DNA of 64,000 nucleotides from Candidatus Daviesbacteria bacterium RIFCSPLOWO2_01_FULL_39_23 (GCA_001776935.1 MFDN01000008.1:8998-72997), one strand, 5' to 3'; shown: positions 41,803 to 52,016, numbered from the stretch's first letter. Notes: generated from the sequence alone by a model not told the origin. Numbers and translations are program-made.

Positions 41803-43303
41803 ATTTTTAAACGGTATCACCATGTACCGTCTTATGCTTTATGAACTAATCTTGCTTTTGTTTGTTGCAGTGTTTTTAAGTTTTTTAAAGGTATTGCCTT
41901 TTGAACCTGTTAATTTAATTTTTCAAGCCTCAATATTAATTTCGGTTTGTTGGGGTGCTAATAAAATTTTTGCCCATCTTTTCAAAGCGCCGGCTAATTT
42001 GGAATCTACATATATTACTGCTCTTATTTTATTTTTGATTATTAACCCTGTTAGGTCTTATCAAGAGGCTGTTATTCTGGTGGTGGTCGGAGTTTTGGCT
42101 ATGGCGTCCAAATATATATTAGCTACCGGCAAAAAGCATATTTTTAATCCGGCTGCTTTTGCGGTTTTTGCAACTGCTTTAGTTTTAAATTATTCCGCCG
42201 GTTGGTGGATTGGCAATATTTGGATGGCTCCGTTTGTAATTTTGGGTGGTATTTTAACCGTCAGAAAATTGAAAAGGTTTGATTTGGTAATTTCTTTTTT
42301 TTGTACTTCCTTGGCGGTTTTTTTATTTTTCGCGGTATGGAGGGGTAACAGTTTTTTGGCTTTTTTTCAAAAAATCTTTCTTGAAACACCCTTATTTTTC
42401 TTTGCTTTTGTAATGTTAACCGAACCGCAGACAACCCCTCCAAGTAAAAAATGGAAAATTCTCTATGGCGCTTTTGTAGGCTTTTTGTATGCTTCTCCCT
42501 TAAGTATAGGGCAATTTTCAACCACACCGGAAACAGCTTTGATTTTGGGGAATATATTTTCTTATATTGTAGGACTTAAAAAAAAGCTGATTTTGGAATT
42601 AAAGGAGAAAAAACAAATAGGGTTAAATATTTACGATTTTATTTTTAATTTAAAAGATAAACTTTCCTTTTTGCCGGGGCAATATATGGAGTGGACTTTG
42701 GGTCATCAGATCCCTGACTCGAGGGGAAACAGAAGATTTTTTACTATTGCATCAGCGCCTACAGAAAAAGATATGCTCGTAGCGATAAGAGTTTTGGAAA
42801 ATTCCAGCAGTTTTAAAAAAGCGCTTTTAAATTTGAGTCCCGGGGGCAAACTTGTTGCTTCCAATCCGGACGGAGAATTCGTATTACCAAAAGATCAAAA
42901 TAAAAAACTGGTTTTTATTGCAGGAGGAATCGGGATAACGCCATTTCGCAGTATGATTAAATATCTTTTAGATAAAAGTGAAAAAAGAGATATTGTTTTA
43001 TTTTATATAAATAAAACTGCGGAAGAAATTGTTTTTAAGGAAATTTTTGATGAAGCTTTTAGGAAACTCGATATTAAAACAGTTTACGTATTAACTGATA
43101 AAGAAAATATTCCTAAAGGATGGAAAGGCAGAGTAGGACACCTTGGTGGAGACATTATACGCAAAGATGTTTTTGATTTTCGGGAAAGAATTTTTTATAT
43201 ATCCGGATCACATTCAATGACAGAGTCCTTAAAAGAAATCTTAAAGGGGATTGAGGTTTCCGATAACCAGATAAAAACAGATTATTTCCCCGGGTATGCA
43301 TAG
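41783..43303 (+). CDS. NqrB/RnfD-like membrane domain fused to an FNR-type FAD/NAD-binding reductase
   Basis: KHIFNPAAF and MLTEPQTTP in the TM region; RFFTIASAP, IAGGIGITPF, DYFPGY in the reductase part; ATG at 41783 preferred. Confidence 0.85.
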   Translation: MLKYADEFLNGITMYRLMLYELILLLFVAVFLSFLKVLPFEPVNLIFQASILISVCWGANKIFAHLFKAPANLESTYITALILFLIINPVRSYQEAVILVVVGVLAMASKYILATGKKHIFNPAAFAVFATALVLNYSAGWWIGNIWMAPFVILGGILTVRKLKRFDLVISFFCTSLAVFLFFAVWRGNSFLAFFQKIFLETPLFFFAFVMLTEPQTTPPSKKWKILYGAFVGFLYASPLSIGQFSTTPETALILGNIFSYIVGLKKKLILELKEKKQIGLNIYDFIFNLKDKLSFLPGQYMEWTLGHQIPDSRGNRRFFTIASAPTEKDMLVAIRVLENSSSFKKALLNLSPGGKLVASNPDGEFVLPKDQNKKLVFIAGGIGITPFRSMIKYLLDKSEKRDIVLFYINKTAEEIVFKEIFDEAFRKLDIKTVYVLTDKENIPKGWKGRVGHLGGDIIRKDVFDFRERIFYISGSHSMTESLKEILKGIEVSDNQIKTDYFPGYA

Positions 43304-43362
43304 TAAATTTCATACCTTGCTCTTGCGTATTCTTTACCTTGCTGTATTAATCTTTTGAAAAG

Positions 43363-44415
43363 ATGATTAACAGATTAAAAATGAAATTTATTTTAGGAAT
43401 TGCCTTTTTATCGGCAGTTTTAGCAGGCTATTTTATATTTTGGCAAAAAAGTATCCCCACTGTTCCGGCAATTAATCTAAAAACATCAAATGAAACTGTG
43501 CAAAATTTATTGCCGGCTCATCCTTTACAGATTACCGAAATGAGAAAAAAAGAATATCCCGGCAGCGAAATTACTATTGAAAGAGAATTGCCCCAGGGGC
43601 AAAATTACCGGCAATACCTTGCTTCCTATCAATCGGAAGGCTTGAAGATACGTTCACTTTTAACAGTTCCGACCGATAATCCGCCGGAAGGCGGTTGGCC
43701 AGCAATTATCTTCAATCATGGTTATATTCCCCCGGCCCAGTACCAGACAATCGGAAGGTATGCTGCATATACAGACGCTTTCTCAAGAAACGGCTATATT
43801 GTTCTAAAGCCTGATTACCGTGGGCATGGGGATTCTGAAGGTAACCCGGAAGGGGCCTATTATTCATCTGCGTATACTGTTGATGTTTTAAACGCATTAT
43901 ATTCCATAAAAAAATACCCTGATGTAAACCCGGATAAAATCGGCATGTGGGGACATTCAATGGGAGGAAGTATTACCCTGCAGTCAATGGTTGTAAGTAA
44001 AGATATTAAAGCAGGCGTGATTTGGGCAGGAGTAGTTGCCTCCTATGAAGATATGATAAAAAATTGGAGACGAGCTTCTCCTTTTGTCCCTTCGCAAAGA
44101 GAGCAAATCTTTAGAAGGCCAAACAGACAGGAACTTATTAATAAATATGGCGACCCGGATAAAAATCCCCGGTTTTGGCAGTCAATTTCCCCGATTTTTT
44201 TTGTTAGCGATATCTCCGGTCCTTTACAAATCCAGCATGGAACCGGAGATCAGGAAGTTCCGTTGCTTTTCAGTCAGCGCTTAAATGAGGCAATGGAAAA
44301 TGCCCAAAAGCCTGTTGAGTTTTACACCTATGATGGGGATGATCATAATCTTTCAGGAAACCTATCACTTGCCCTAAACCGCTCTGTGGAATTTTTTGAT
44401 AAATATTTAAAGTAG
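43363..44415 (+). CDS. Secreted alpha/beta hydrolase (S9-like peptidase)
   Basis: NHGY, DYRGHG, GHSMGG nucleophile elbow, HGTGD, DDHN. Confidence 0.88.
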   Translation: MINRLKMKFILGIAFLSAVLAGYFIFWQKSIPTVPAINLKTSNETVQNLLPAHPLQITEMRKKEYPGSEITIERELPQGQNYRQYLASYQSEGLKIRSLLTVPTDNPPEGGWPAIIFNHGYIPPAQYQTIGRYAAYTDAFSRNGYIVLKPDYRGHGDSEGNPEGAYYSSAYTVDVLNALYSIKKYPDVNPDKIGMWGHSMGGSITLQSMVVSKDIKAGVIWAGVVASYEDMIKNWRRASPFVPSQREQIFRRPNRQELINKYGDPDKNPRFWQSISPIFFVSDISGPLQIQHGTGDQEVPLLFSQRLNEAMENAQKPVEFYTYDGDDHNLSGNLSLALNRSVEFFDKYLK

Positions 44416-44419
44416 GAGC

Positions 44420-44641
44420 TCATTTAATTATTTCAAAAATCTTATATTTTGATTTAGAGCCCGAAATTAACATTACATCTGATCTTTTAACTTTTAAATA
44501 ATCTGCCAATGCTGCGGTGGCTGCTTTGTTGGCTTTTCCCTCCAGGGGAGGCGCATTTACATAAATATGTAAATTGTCCAGTAAATCCTTATCAATTCTT
44601 TCTCTTTTGGAGTTAGGGTGAACTATTACTGAAACTTTCAT
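44420..44641 (-). CDS. DUF167/YggU family protein
   Basis: APPLEGKANKA...SGSKSKYK. Confidence 0.88.
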   Translation of the reverse strand: MKVSVIVHPNSKRERIDKDLLDNLHIYVNAPPLEGKANKAATAALADYLKVKRSDVMLISGSKSKYKIFEIIK

Positions 44642-44647
44642 ATTCGG

Positions 44648-45709
44648 TTAAATAGGAAAATTTGTTTCATTGTAAAGACGGGCTTTTTCAAATTCTGCTT
44701 TTGCCAAATCAGGTTTTCCCTGCTCAAGATAAATTTCTCCTCTTATCTGGTAAAGTTCTGAAAATGCCCGGTTGTGATTTCCTAAAATTTTATCAGTTAA
44801 CGTAAAAACTTTATCATATTTTTTTAATTTTTGATAAGCTAAAATAGGCTCTATTTGATACCATAACATCCTGAAAGGAAGTTTATCTTCAACAAGTTCA
44901 AAGATTTCAACAGCTTTTTGATAATCACCTAAGTAATAATACCCAACAGAAATATTAAATTTAGTAAAGATATCATCAGGGTTTTCCTGCAGTTCTTTTT
45001 GAGCTAGCTCTAAAGCTTTTTCCCATGCTTTTTTCTCATCATTGCTTTCCCTCAAAATACTTTCGGCCAAAGCTTGTTTTTCTTTGGGGACTAAAACTAA
45101 ATATTCATAATTAAACCCCTGCCATAAGTTTAAGAATTCCCCGTAAGAATATTTTAAGTCAGCTCCTTGTAAAGAATCATCCTGAATAAACTGGCCTAAA
45201 GTATCATCAAAACCCCGTATAAGCCGGTAGTGTCCGATATCATCATTTTCTTTGAGCCATGTCCTAACAATTACGGGCATATCATATGATATGAAAAGTT
45301 TAATGGTGTTAATATCGCCTGCCGGCCGATGATATGTTAAAAAGTTATACTCTCTGGCTTTCTTGGCCAGTTCTGCTAATGTTACTGATTTATCATCATT
45401 GTCTCCTTGTGGATTTTGAAAGGGGCGGAGGTTTTTGCCCAGTTCTTGTTGGGAGACATTAATATCAAAATATGAAAGAGCCATAGATAATGCTGCAGGG
45501 CCGCAATTATTAAAGGTTTGAAAGACGTGCAGCTTTTGGGGAATAGTCTTTTGACCAAGTATTTTAAGGGGTGCGGGTGAGGTAGAGGAAACTGCAGAAG
45601 GAGAAGGGGCAATTTTAATTGGCTGAGGAGATGCCTGATTAAGTGGCCGTATAAAAAACACTAAAACAAAAATAAGGATTGCGCAAACCAGGGAAATAAT
45701 CCACATCAT
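44648..45709 (-). CDS. C39-like cysteine peptidase with TPR repeats
   Basis: QTFNNCGPAALSM, GHYR..GFDD; C-terminal TPR-like helices; N-terminal TM. Confidence 0.85.
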   Translation of the reverse strand: MMWIISLVCAILIFVLVFFIRPLNQASPQPIKIAPSPSAVSSTSPAPLKILGQKTIPQKLHVFQTFNNCGPAALSMALSYFDINVSQQELGKNLRPFQNPQGDNDDKSVTLAELAKKAREYNFLTYHRPAGDINTIKLFISYDMPVIVRTWLKENDDIGHYRLIRGFDDTLGQFIQDDSLQGADLKYSYGEFLNLWQGFNYEYLVLVPKEKQALAESILRESNDEKKAWEKALELAQKELQENPDDIFTKFNISVGYYYLGDYQKAVEIFELVEDKLPFRMLWYQIEPILAYQKLKKYDKVFTLTDKILGNHNRAFSELYQIRGEIYLEQGKPDLAKAEFEKARLYNETNFPI

Positions 45710-45815
45710 AAAGATATGTATTTTAAACCAATTTAATTCTATAATGCAAAATTTCTAACTATATTCTTACAAAATTTTCTTTCTATATTGAAATAATTTT
45801 GGTATGGTAGTTTGA

Positions 45816-46949
45816 TTGGTAATGAAAAACTTAGGTTTTGTTTTGGTGATAATAATTAGTTTAATAATCGGGCTTTCGCTGCTACAGTCTTCCCAAACAA
45901 CTATGAGTGAGGATTCTGCGATAAAATCCGGGCAGCAGATCCAGGGAGCTGATTTTCAAACTTCCTCTCCTGCTCAGGTTACACAAATTGCTCAAAACCT
46001 TGATACGCCGTGGAGTTTAGTGTTTTTGCCGGATAAAAGTATGCTGGTGACTGAGAGGGTCGGACGGGTGAGAATAATAGATGCAGGCGGTAATCTTCAA
46101 TCAGAACCTGTAGCAGTTATCGAAAAAGCAAAAGAGATTGGCGAAGGCGGGCTTTTGGGCATCGCTTTGCATCCTGCTTTTTCCGATAATAATTCTGTTT
46201 ATTTGTATTATACATACTCAGCTGAGGGGGAAAACACAAAAAACCGGGTTGTTCAAATGACTTACCGTGATAAAAAACTGTCAGATGAAAAAATTATTGT
46301 AGATAATATTTCGGGGGCATCAAACCATAATGGCGGCAGGATAAAATTCGGGCCGGATGGATTTTTGTATATTACAACAGGTGATGCCCAAAATCCTTCC
46401 CAGGCTCAGGATAAAGCTTCTTTGGCAGGGAAGATTCTGCGGGTCACAGACCAAGGAAATCCGGCGCCTGATAATCCGTTTGGGAATTTAGTATATTCAT
46501 ACGGACACCGTAATCCTCAGGGCATTACCTGGGACGCAAGCGGTCAACTATGGGAGACTGAGCATGGGCCCTCAACTAAAGATGAAATCAACAGGATTGA
46601 GAAGGGTAAGAATTATGGCTGGCCGGATATTACAGGTGACGAAACAAAGCAAGGCATGGAAACGCCTGTTTTAAATTCCGGCACCAATACCTGGGCGCCT
46701 TCAGGGACTGTATTTTTTAGAAATTCTGTATTTTTTGCCGGGTTAAGAGGGCAGGCTCTTTTCGAAGCAAAAACAGAAGGAGGCAATATGAGTCCTGAGG
46801 AGCATTTTAAAGGGGAATTTGGAAGAATAAGAGATGTAATTCTGGGGCCGGATAATATGTTTTATATTGCTACAAGCAATCAGGATGGCAGGGGACTGCC
46901 AAAAGATACGGATGACCGGATAATAAAATTGAACCCACAAAAGCTTTAA
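45816..46949 (+). CDS. PQQ-dependent soluble sugar dehydrogenase (YliI/GSDH family)
   Basis: GEGGLLGIALHP, HNGGRIKFGPDG, GHRNPQG, NYGWP, GRIRDV. Confidence 0.92.
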   Translation: MVMKNLGFVLVIIISLIIGLSLLQSSQTTMSEDSAIKSGQQIQGADFQTSSPAQVTQIAQNLDTPWSLVFLPDKSMLVTERVGRVRIIDAGGNLQSEPVAVIEKAKEIGEGGLLGIALHPAFSDNNSVYLYYTYSAEGENTKNRVVQMTYRDKKLSDEKIIVDNISGASNHNGGRIKFGPDGFLYITTGDAQNPSQAQDKASLAGKILRVTDQGNPAPDNPFGNLVYSYGHRNPQGITWDASGQLWETEHGPSTKDEINRIEKGKNYGWPDITGDETKQGMETPVLNSGTNTWAPSGTVFFRNSVFFAGLRGQALFEAKTEGGNMSPEEHFKGEFGRIRDVILGPDNMFYIATSNQDGRGLPKDTDDRIIKLNPQKL

Positions 46950-46968
46950 CCTGTGATATATTTCTTGG

Positions 46969-47943
46969 ATGCGGCAATTGTTGTTGGGCAGGGAAAAAAC
47001 AATATATTTGCGGTCCAGGAGAAGAAATAAGCTAGGCAGCTTTTTGATACTGCTTGGAATAGGTGTAACAGCAGTATATTTTCTTTATGGGACTTTAATT
47101 CTGAGCCGCGAAAAACCGCTTATCTCGCCAGTAAGCGGTCAGATGAAGGCAGAAATGCTGGGTATTGCAGATTCTAATCAGGTGAATTTAAAAAATGCTG
47201 TAGAAAATGTATTAGCCGGAACAAAAGGAACGTATGCGGTGGCAATTAAAAATTTGAAAACAGGCGAGAGCTATTTTGCGAACGAACATAAGAGTTTTGA
47301 AGCAGGAAGTCTTTACAAATTATGGGTAATGGCAGCAGTGCTTTCTAAAATAAGGGATGGGACTTTAAGTGAAGAGCAGGTTCTAAGCAGGGACATAAGC
47401 GCTTTAAACGAGGTATTTGGTATTGATTCTGAGGTGGCGGAGCTTACAGAAGGGAAAATTGCACTCAGTGTGAATGATGCCCTTACTCAAATGATTACAA
47501 TTTCGCATAATTATGCAGCGCTTCTTTTGACAGAGAAAATAAAATTATCAACTGTTGCAAATTTATTGAAAGAGAAGGGGTTTGGTGAATCCAAAGTCGG
47601 AAGAGGAGACGATGTTCCTCATACCACTCCCTATGATATTTTTCTCTATTTCGAAAAATTGTATAAAGGTGAGTTGGCTCAACCTGAGGATACTGAAAAA
47701 ATGCTCGTCCTGCTTAAAAATCAAAAGTTAAATGGCAAATTGCCTAAAAATCTGCCAAAAGATACAGTCATTGCGCATAAAACAGGTGAAATCGGGTGGT
47801 TTACTCATGATGCAGGCATAATTTATTCAGATAAAGGCGATTATATAATTGTTGCTATGTCGGAAACTGATAAGCCTGCTGCAGCAGAAGAAAGGATTGC
47901 CCGGATTTCTGAATCCGTCTATAGGTATTTTACAAAATTCTAA
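46969..47943 (+). CDS. Class A beta-lactamase-like serine hydrolase
   Basis: SLYK, SHN and KTG motifs; N-terminal TM. Confidence 0.88.
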   Translation: MRQLLLGREKTIYLRSRRRNKLGSFLILLGIGVTAVYFLYGTLILSREKPLISPVSGQMKAEMLGIADSNQVNLKNAVENVLAGTKGTYAVAIKNLKTGESYFANEHKSFEAGSLYKLWVMAAVLSKIRDGTLSEEQVLSRDISALNEVFGIDSEVAELTEGKIALSVNDALTQMITISHNYAALLLTEKIKLSTVANLLKEKGFGESKVGRGDDVPHTTPYDIFLYFEKLYKGELAQPEDTEKMLVLLKNQKLNGKLPKNLPKDTVIAHKTGEIGWFTHDAGIIYSDKGDYIIVAMSETDKPAAAEERIARISESVYRYFTKF

Positions 47944-47955
47944 AAAAGTACAGGG

Positions 47956-48159
47956 TTATTTATTAACATTTACATCTATTTGCCCGGGGACATTGATTTG
48001 AGGGGCTGAGGATTTTTGCAAAACAGGTAGTAAATAATTGAAAAATAAAATTATTAATACAACGACAATGATTACTCCAATCAAAAGGCCTAAGGGACCG
48101 CCCGAATCAGAGCTTGAACTTTGAGGAATATATTCTTTTTCTCTTACAACGTCTGCCAT
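47956..48159 (-). CDS. Small single-TM protein
   Basis: 67 aa with a hydrophobic helix; GAGGGG SD. Confidence 0.7.
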   Translation of the reverse strand: MADVVREKEYIPQSSSSDSGGPLGLLIGVIIVVVLIILFFNYLLPVLQKSSAPQINVPGQIDVNVNK

Positions 48160-48320
48160 TTTTTTATCCCCCTCTTATTTTATAGGTTGAGTTTACAAAA
48201 AAAGCTTAAAATTGACGTAAAAGAGAGGTAATAAGAGGGTAATAAAACCTTTCTTTCTTAATCTCTTCTTAATCCTTTTTTCTCTATTATGGATTTCATA
48301 GATAAGGAGGTGATAGTTTT

Positions 48321-48872
48321 ATGAATTTAGTTAACAGGCTTTTGGGAAAAGCTATGTTGGGAATTTTGGCAGTAGGGATTGGTGCGATTAGTGTAGCCTC
48401 ATTTACAAATCTTTTGAGCCCGAAAGATGCAGAAGCTGCCACTCCTTGTATCGTAACTATATTTGGTAAGCAGTATGATGTGGCTCCGTTGCAAACAAGC
48501 CACAGCGGCGGCAATATTTTTACATGCGGCACCGATATGACAGGCACTTATCAGGCAAGACACGGGTCTGATGTAAGTATGCTGACACCGTATCTTGTTG
48601 TTCCTCCGAGTCCGTCGCCAAGTCCAAGCCCAGTTCCGACTCCAAGCCCAGTCCCGACTCCAAGTCCAGTTCCGGATCCGGTAGTACCGCAAGATCCGCC
48701 GGTGATTACACCAGATCCTTCACCAGATCCGATACCTCCTGTTTATGAAGATGAAGATGATGAAGATGAGGATGAGGATGAGGATGAGGACAGAGAGCAT
48801 GAACGGCGCGAGCGCAAGCATAGAGAGCATAGAAGAAGCGAGGAGAGAGAAAACAGACACGGAGATGATTAA
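48321..48872 (+). CDS. Secreted cytochrome b5-like domain with Pro-rich linker and acidic/basic tail
   Basis: GKQYDV..HSGG..GTDMT..RHG resembles cyt b5 heme ligands; 18-bp repeats at 48624-48677; AAGGAGGTG SD. Confidence 0.75.
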   Translation: MNLVNRLLGKAMLGILAVGIGAISVASFTNLLSPKDAEAATPCIVTIFGKQYDVAPLQTSHSGGNIFTCGTDMTGTYQARHGSDVSMLTPYLVVPPSPSPSPSPVPTPSPVPTPSPVPDPVVPQDPPVITPDPSPDPIPPVYEDEDDEDEDEDEDEDREHERRERKHREHRRSEERENRHGDD

Positions 48873-48903
48873 TTAAAGGATTGGTTTTAAAGACGGAAGA
48901 AAG

Positions 48904-48934
48904 AGTCCTGCCTTTTTAGGCAGGGCTTTCTCTT
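48904..48934 (+). terminator. Rho-independent terminator
   Basis: Stem AGTCCTGCCT/AGGCAGGGCT around a T loop, followed by a T-rich tail. Confidence 0.7.
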
Positions 48935-48940
48935 GTTATT

Positions 48941-49309
48941 ATGAAACGAATAATATTTTCAGCTGGCTTAATATTTTTATTCCTATTGGTTTTTCTTGTA
49001 TTGGTAAATTTCTATATTAATTCCCGGTATAAGCCTGATGTTTCTTTACAGCCAACTCAAACCAATGAGGAAGCTGCAAAAACTTTTACCCAAGATGAGC
49101 TGAAAAAATATAACGGTACTGATGCAGATCTTCCCATATACCTGGCCTTAGACGGGGTTGTATATGATGTGACAGCAGGAAGAGAATTTTATGCTTCCGG
49201 AGGCGCTTACCATTATTTAGCGGGCAAAGATGCAAGTATACCTTTGCATCTTGTGGGTGCAGATATTATCAAAAATAAATATCCTGTTGTGGGAAAACTT
49301 GTTAAATAG
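48941..49309 (+). CDS. Cytochrome b5-like heme/steroid-binding (MAPR-like) protein
   Basis: FTQDELKKYNG..PIYLALDGVVYDVT.GREFY..GGAYHYLAGKDAS..YPVVGKL. Confidence 0.9.
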   Translation: MKRIIFSAGLIFLFLLVFLVLVNFYINSRYKPDVSLQPTQTNEEAAKTFTQDELKKYNGTDADLPIYLALDGVVYDVTAGREFYASGGAYHYLAGKDASIPLHLVGADIIKNKYPVVGKLVK

Positions 49310-49319
49310 CTCTCTATTC

Positions 49320-49358
49320 TTAGCTCTTAGCAGCTTTTTGTAAACAGCTAAGAGCTAA
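49320..49358. terminator. Inverted repeat between convergent genes
   Basis: TTAGCTCTTAGC / GCTAAGAGCTAA, 12-bp perfect IR built from heptad-like units. Confidence 0.65.
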
Positions 49359-49368
49359 CGGCAAACAG

Positions 49369-49470
49369 CTATTCACTTGTGACTTTATCTTTGGTATCTT
49401 CGGCCGCGTCTTTGATATCTTCTTTTGTTTCTTCTGCTTTATCTTTTATATCATCTCCCATATCTCCCAT
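49369..49470 (-). CDS. 33-aa LEA/CsbD-like acidic stress microprotein, absent from the ORF track
   Basis: MGDMGDDIKDKAEETKEDIKDAAEDTKDKVTSE with AAAGGAGGTGA SD. Confidence 0.75.
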   Translation of the reverse strand: MGDMGDDIKDKAEETKEDIKDAAEDTKDKVTSE

Positions 49471-49628
49471 TTTACTATCACCTCCTTTCTGAAAAGTATT
49501 ATGCTTTTATTATTTAAGAGACCGGCAAAGAAAATGTAAGTAAGTGGAAAGAAGCCTTTAAATTTCTTTCTGATTTATTACGCGGTTTTTACTGAATTTT
49601 TTTTATTATCTTATAAGATAGGCATGTT

Positions 49629-50390
49629 ATGAATGAGATTGTAAATAATTTATCTTTTACTTTAAGCGATACCTTAAACCGGATGATATCTTTTATTCCG
49701 CAGTTGATTGGAGGAGTAATCATTTTAGTTATTGGCTGGATTGTTGCTCGAATTGTAAAGTTTGTTACCGGAAGACTTTTAAATTTTGTAAAATTTGATG
49801 AGTTTTTGGTAAAAGTTGGTATGAAAGAAGGTTCATCAAAGGTATGGTCGGGAATTGCTTCCACAGTTGCTTTTTGGTTTGTCTTTCTGGCTTTTATAAC
49901 TGCAGCCTTTAATGTGTGGCAGCTTTTTTCTCTAACGGCACTTTTAAACCAGTTGCTATTTTATCTGCCGAATGTATTTGCTGCGGTTGTGATCGGATTC
50001 ATTGGATTTATGCTGGCTAATGTCGTTTACAATATTGTAAAAAAAGCAACCCGGAGCGGAGACGGCAGTTCAGGCAGGTCTGAAGTTTTAAGCAGGGTGG
50101 CACAGTACTCGCTTTATGGATTCACCTCGCTTGTGGTTTTGAATCAATTGCAGATTGCATCTAATTTAATACAGTTATTGCTGGGAGGATTTGTTGCTAT
50201 GGCGGCCCTGGCAGGAGGATTGGCATTTGGTCTTGGAGGGCAAGAAACAGCAAGGGATATACTTAGCAGATATATGGGACGAAGAAAAGATATGCATCAA
50301 TTGAGTGTGCATGGTCGCAGGTCATCTGTTTACGCAAGTGAAGTCCGCCGTCCCCGCAGCAAGAAGCAAACACGAAGCAGTAAGCAATAA
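49629..50390 (+). CDS. TM-helix-repeat membrane protein (CmpX/MscS-like)
   Basis: FIPQLIGGVIILVIGW, YLPNVFAA, GLAFGLGG. Confidence 0.85.
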   Translation: MNEIVNNLSFTLSDTLNRMISFIPQLIGGVIILVIGWIVARIVKFVTGRLLNFVKFDEFLVKVGMKEGSSKVWSGIASTVAFWFVFLAFITAAFNVWQLFSLTALLNQLLFYLPNVFAAVVIGFIGFMLANVVYNIVKKATRSGDGSSGRSEVLSRVAQYSLYGFTSLVVLNQLQIASNLIQLLLGGFVAMAALAGGLAFGLGGQETARDILSRYMGRRKDMHQLSVHGRRSSVYASEVRRPRSKKQTRSSKQ

Positions 50391-50409
50391 ATAGGATTGG
50401 TTATAATTT

Positions 50410-50829
50410 ATGATTTTTCAATTGACTGCAAAGGAGTGCCGGATTTCGGATGTTTCGAGAAAACACATTAATGACTATTTAGCAAAGGTTACAAAATTGC
50501 TTAGTAACTTTGCGGGTGATTTGGTAGTTTTAAGGTTAACAATCAGAAAAAATATTGACAGGTATCATCCGCCAAAGATCAAAACCCGCAAACGTAAAAA
50601 TTATTCTGATTTAAAATCAGCCTTGTCTAATTTTGAAGGCTCGATCAATTTCCGTCTGCTTAAGAATAGCTTTTATACAAATTTTAAAGGAAAAACTATT
50701 GATGAATGCCTTAATTTGGGATTTATGTGTCTCTTTAAAAAGTTAAGAAAGTTTAAGGATTTACACTTTCCAGCCGCCAGTGAGTATCCTCATCGGGAAT
50801 CAATCCGCGGGGGTGTATTTAATGAGTAG
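50410..50829 (+). CDS. Possible divergent HPF/RaiA ribosome hibernation factor
   Basis: Pattern MIFQLTAK..ISD..RKHI...LAKV.KL and C-terminal helix ending LRKFKD resembles the S30AE fold, with a basic insertion. Confidence 0.55.
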   Translation: MIFQLTAKECRISDVSRKHINDYLAKVTKLLSNFAGDLVVLRLTIRKNIDRYHPPKIKTRKRKNYSDLKSALSNFEGSINFRLLKNSFYTNFKGKTIDECLNLGFMCLFKKLRKFKDLHFPAASEYPHRESIRGGVFNE

Positions 50830-51004
50830 CAAAGATGTTGGCGTGCTTTCAATTGGGCGAATCTTTTTTATTCTTTTTGTTTTAAGGTTGGCACTTCAAA
50901 ATGCAAAATTTTAATTCTTACATATCTCCTACTTAGATTTTATTGAATCTATTTATTCATATGCTATTTTAGATTTATATACAGGAAGAAAGGAGGTGAG
51001 AGAT

Positions 51005-51604
51005 TTGAAGAACGTGATTTTAGGAGTATTTTCTAAGCGCGAAGACGCAGATGCTGCACTTTCCCGCCTCAGAGAAGAGGGGATTAAAAGCGAGCAAATA
51101 TCGCTTGCTGCACAGGATGAGGTATTAAAAGAATATCAGTCTAAAAAACCTGAGGGCGAAGGTCTTTTAACCGGAGGACTTGTAGAAGGCTTAACAGGAT
51201 ATTTGACTACTGCTACAGCAGTGGTGGTGCCGGGATTAGGTGCAATTTCAGTCGTAGGTTACCTACTCTCTTTGGTTGGTTTTGCAGTAGGTGCATTAGG
51301 TGCAGGCCTGATGGGGGCGCTGGTTAGCATTGGAGTCCCGCGAAATGTGGCTGGAATTTATGAGAAAGTTATAATTGGGGGCGGCTTGCTTCTTGCGGTG
51401 ACTGTTGATGAGACAACCGAAGATAAAGTCAGAGAAATCTTAAAAGCCCATAACGCTCAGGAAATTACACTTATTCCTTTTAATTTAGGAGATAAAAGAC
51501 AGCAGGAAGAGGCAGGGGCGGCGGCAGGCGAAGGAATGTTTGGTGCAGCTTTTCATGAAGTTACAAAGCCTTTAAAAGGAGTAGCAAAAGGGGGCAAGCG
51601 TTGA
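51005..51604 (+). CDS. General-stress membrane protein
   Basis: GVFSKREDADAA..L..EGI..EQIS; Gly-rich TM hairpin; AAGGAGGTG SD before in-frame TTG at 51005. Confidence 0.8.
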   Translation: MKNVILGVFSKREDADAALSRLREEGIKSEQISLAAQDEVLKEYQSKKPEGEGLLTGGLVEGLTGYLTTATAVVVPGLGAISVVGYLLSLVGFAVGALGAGLMGALVSIGVPRNVAGIYEKVIIGGGLLLAVTVDETTEDKVREILKAHNAQEITLIPFNLGDKRQQEEAGAAAGEGMFGAAFHEVTKPLKGVAKGGKR

Positions 51605-51625
51605 TATTGTCTGTCTGGTACATAG

Positions 51626-51886
51626 TCAGACTGAGAGACTGGGGCTAATCTGTGGGTTGGCAGGCTGTCGGTTTTCGCGTAGCCTGAGAAGTTTATTATC
51701 AAAGTCCAAAATTATGGGTTTACACCGGCGCGTGCCGGCAATGCTTGCGCACTGATACCGCAAATCTCTGGATAGCGTATCCGAGAAGCAGCGGCCAGTA
51801 GATGATATGCGGTTGTCGCATACTTTTATTACTTCTGAAATGGGAAGGGAAGTGGTATGAGTGCCTTCTGCGCTTTTTCCATCCAT
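51626..51886 (-). CDS. Hypothetical Cys-containing small protein
   Basis: 86-aa ORF with GGGAG SD; no family recognised. Confidence 0.5.
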   Translation of the reverse strand: MDGKSAEGTHTTSLPISEVIKVCDNRISSTGRCFSDTLSRDLRYQCASIAGTRRCKPIILDFDNKLLRLRENRQPANPQISPSLSV

Positions 51887-52016
51887 AAAACTAAAACTCC
51901 CACAACTTTATTCGAGATCTCCGGATTGTTTCTCATTGGTAGATTATACTTTCCCTGTCAAAAAAAGTTGCAAATTTAAAATAAATCGTGTATATATGTA
52001 AGCTTTCAGTAAGAAA

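Noticed and set aside
46969-47943. True antibiotic-resistance beta-lactamase
   Set aside because: SxxK/SxN/KTG motifs are shared with PBP-like hydrolases; it is membrane-anchored and has no clear class A omega-loop Glu.
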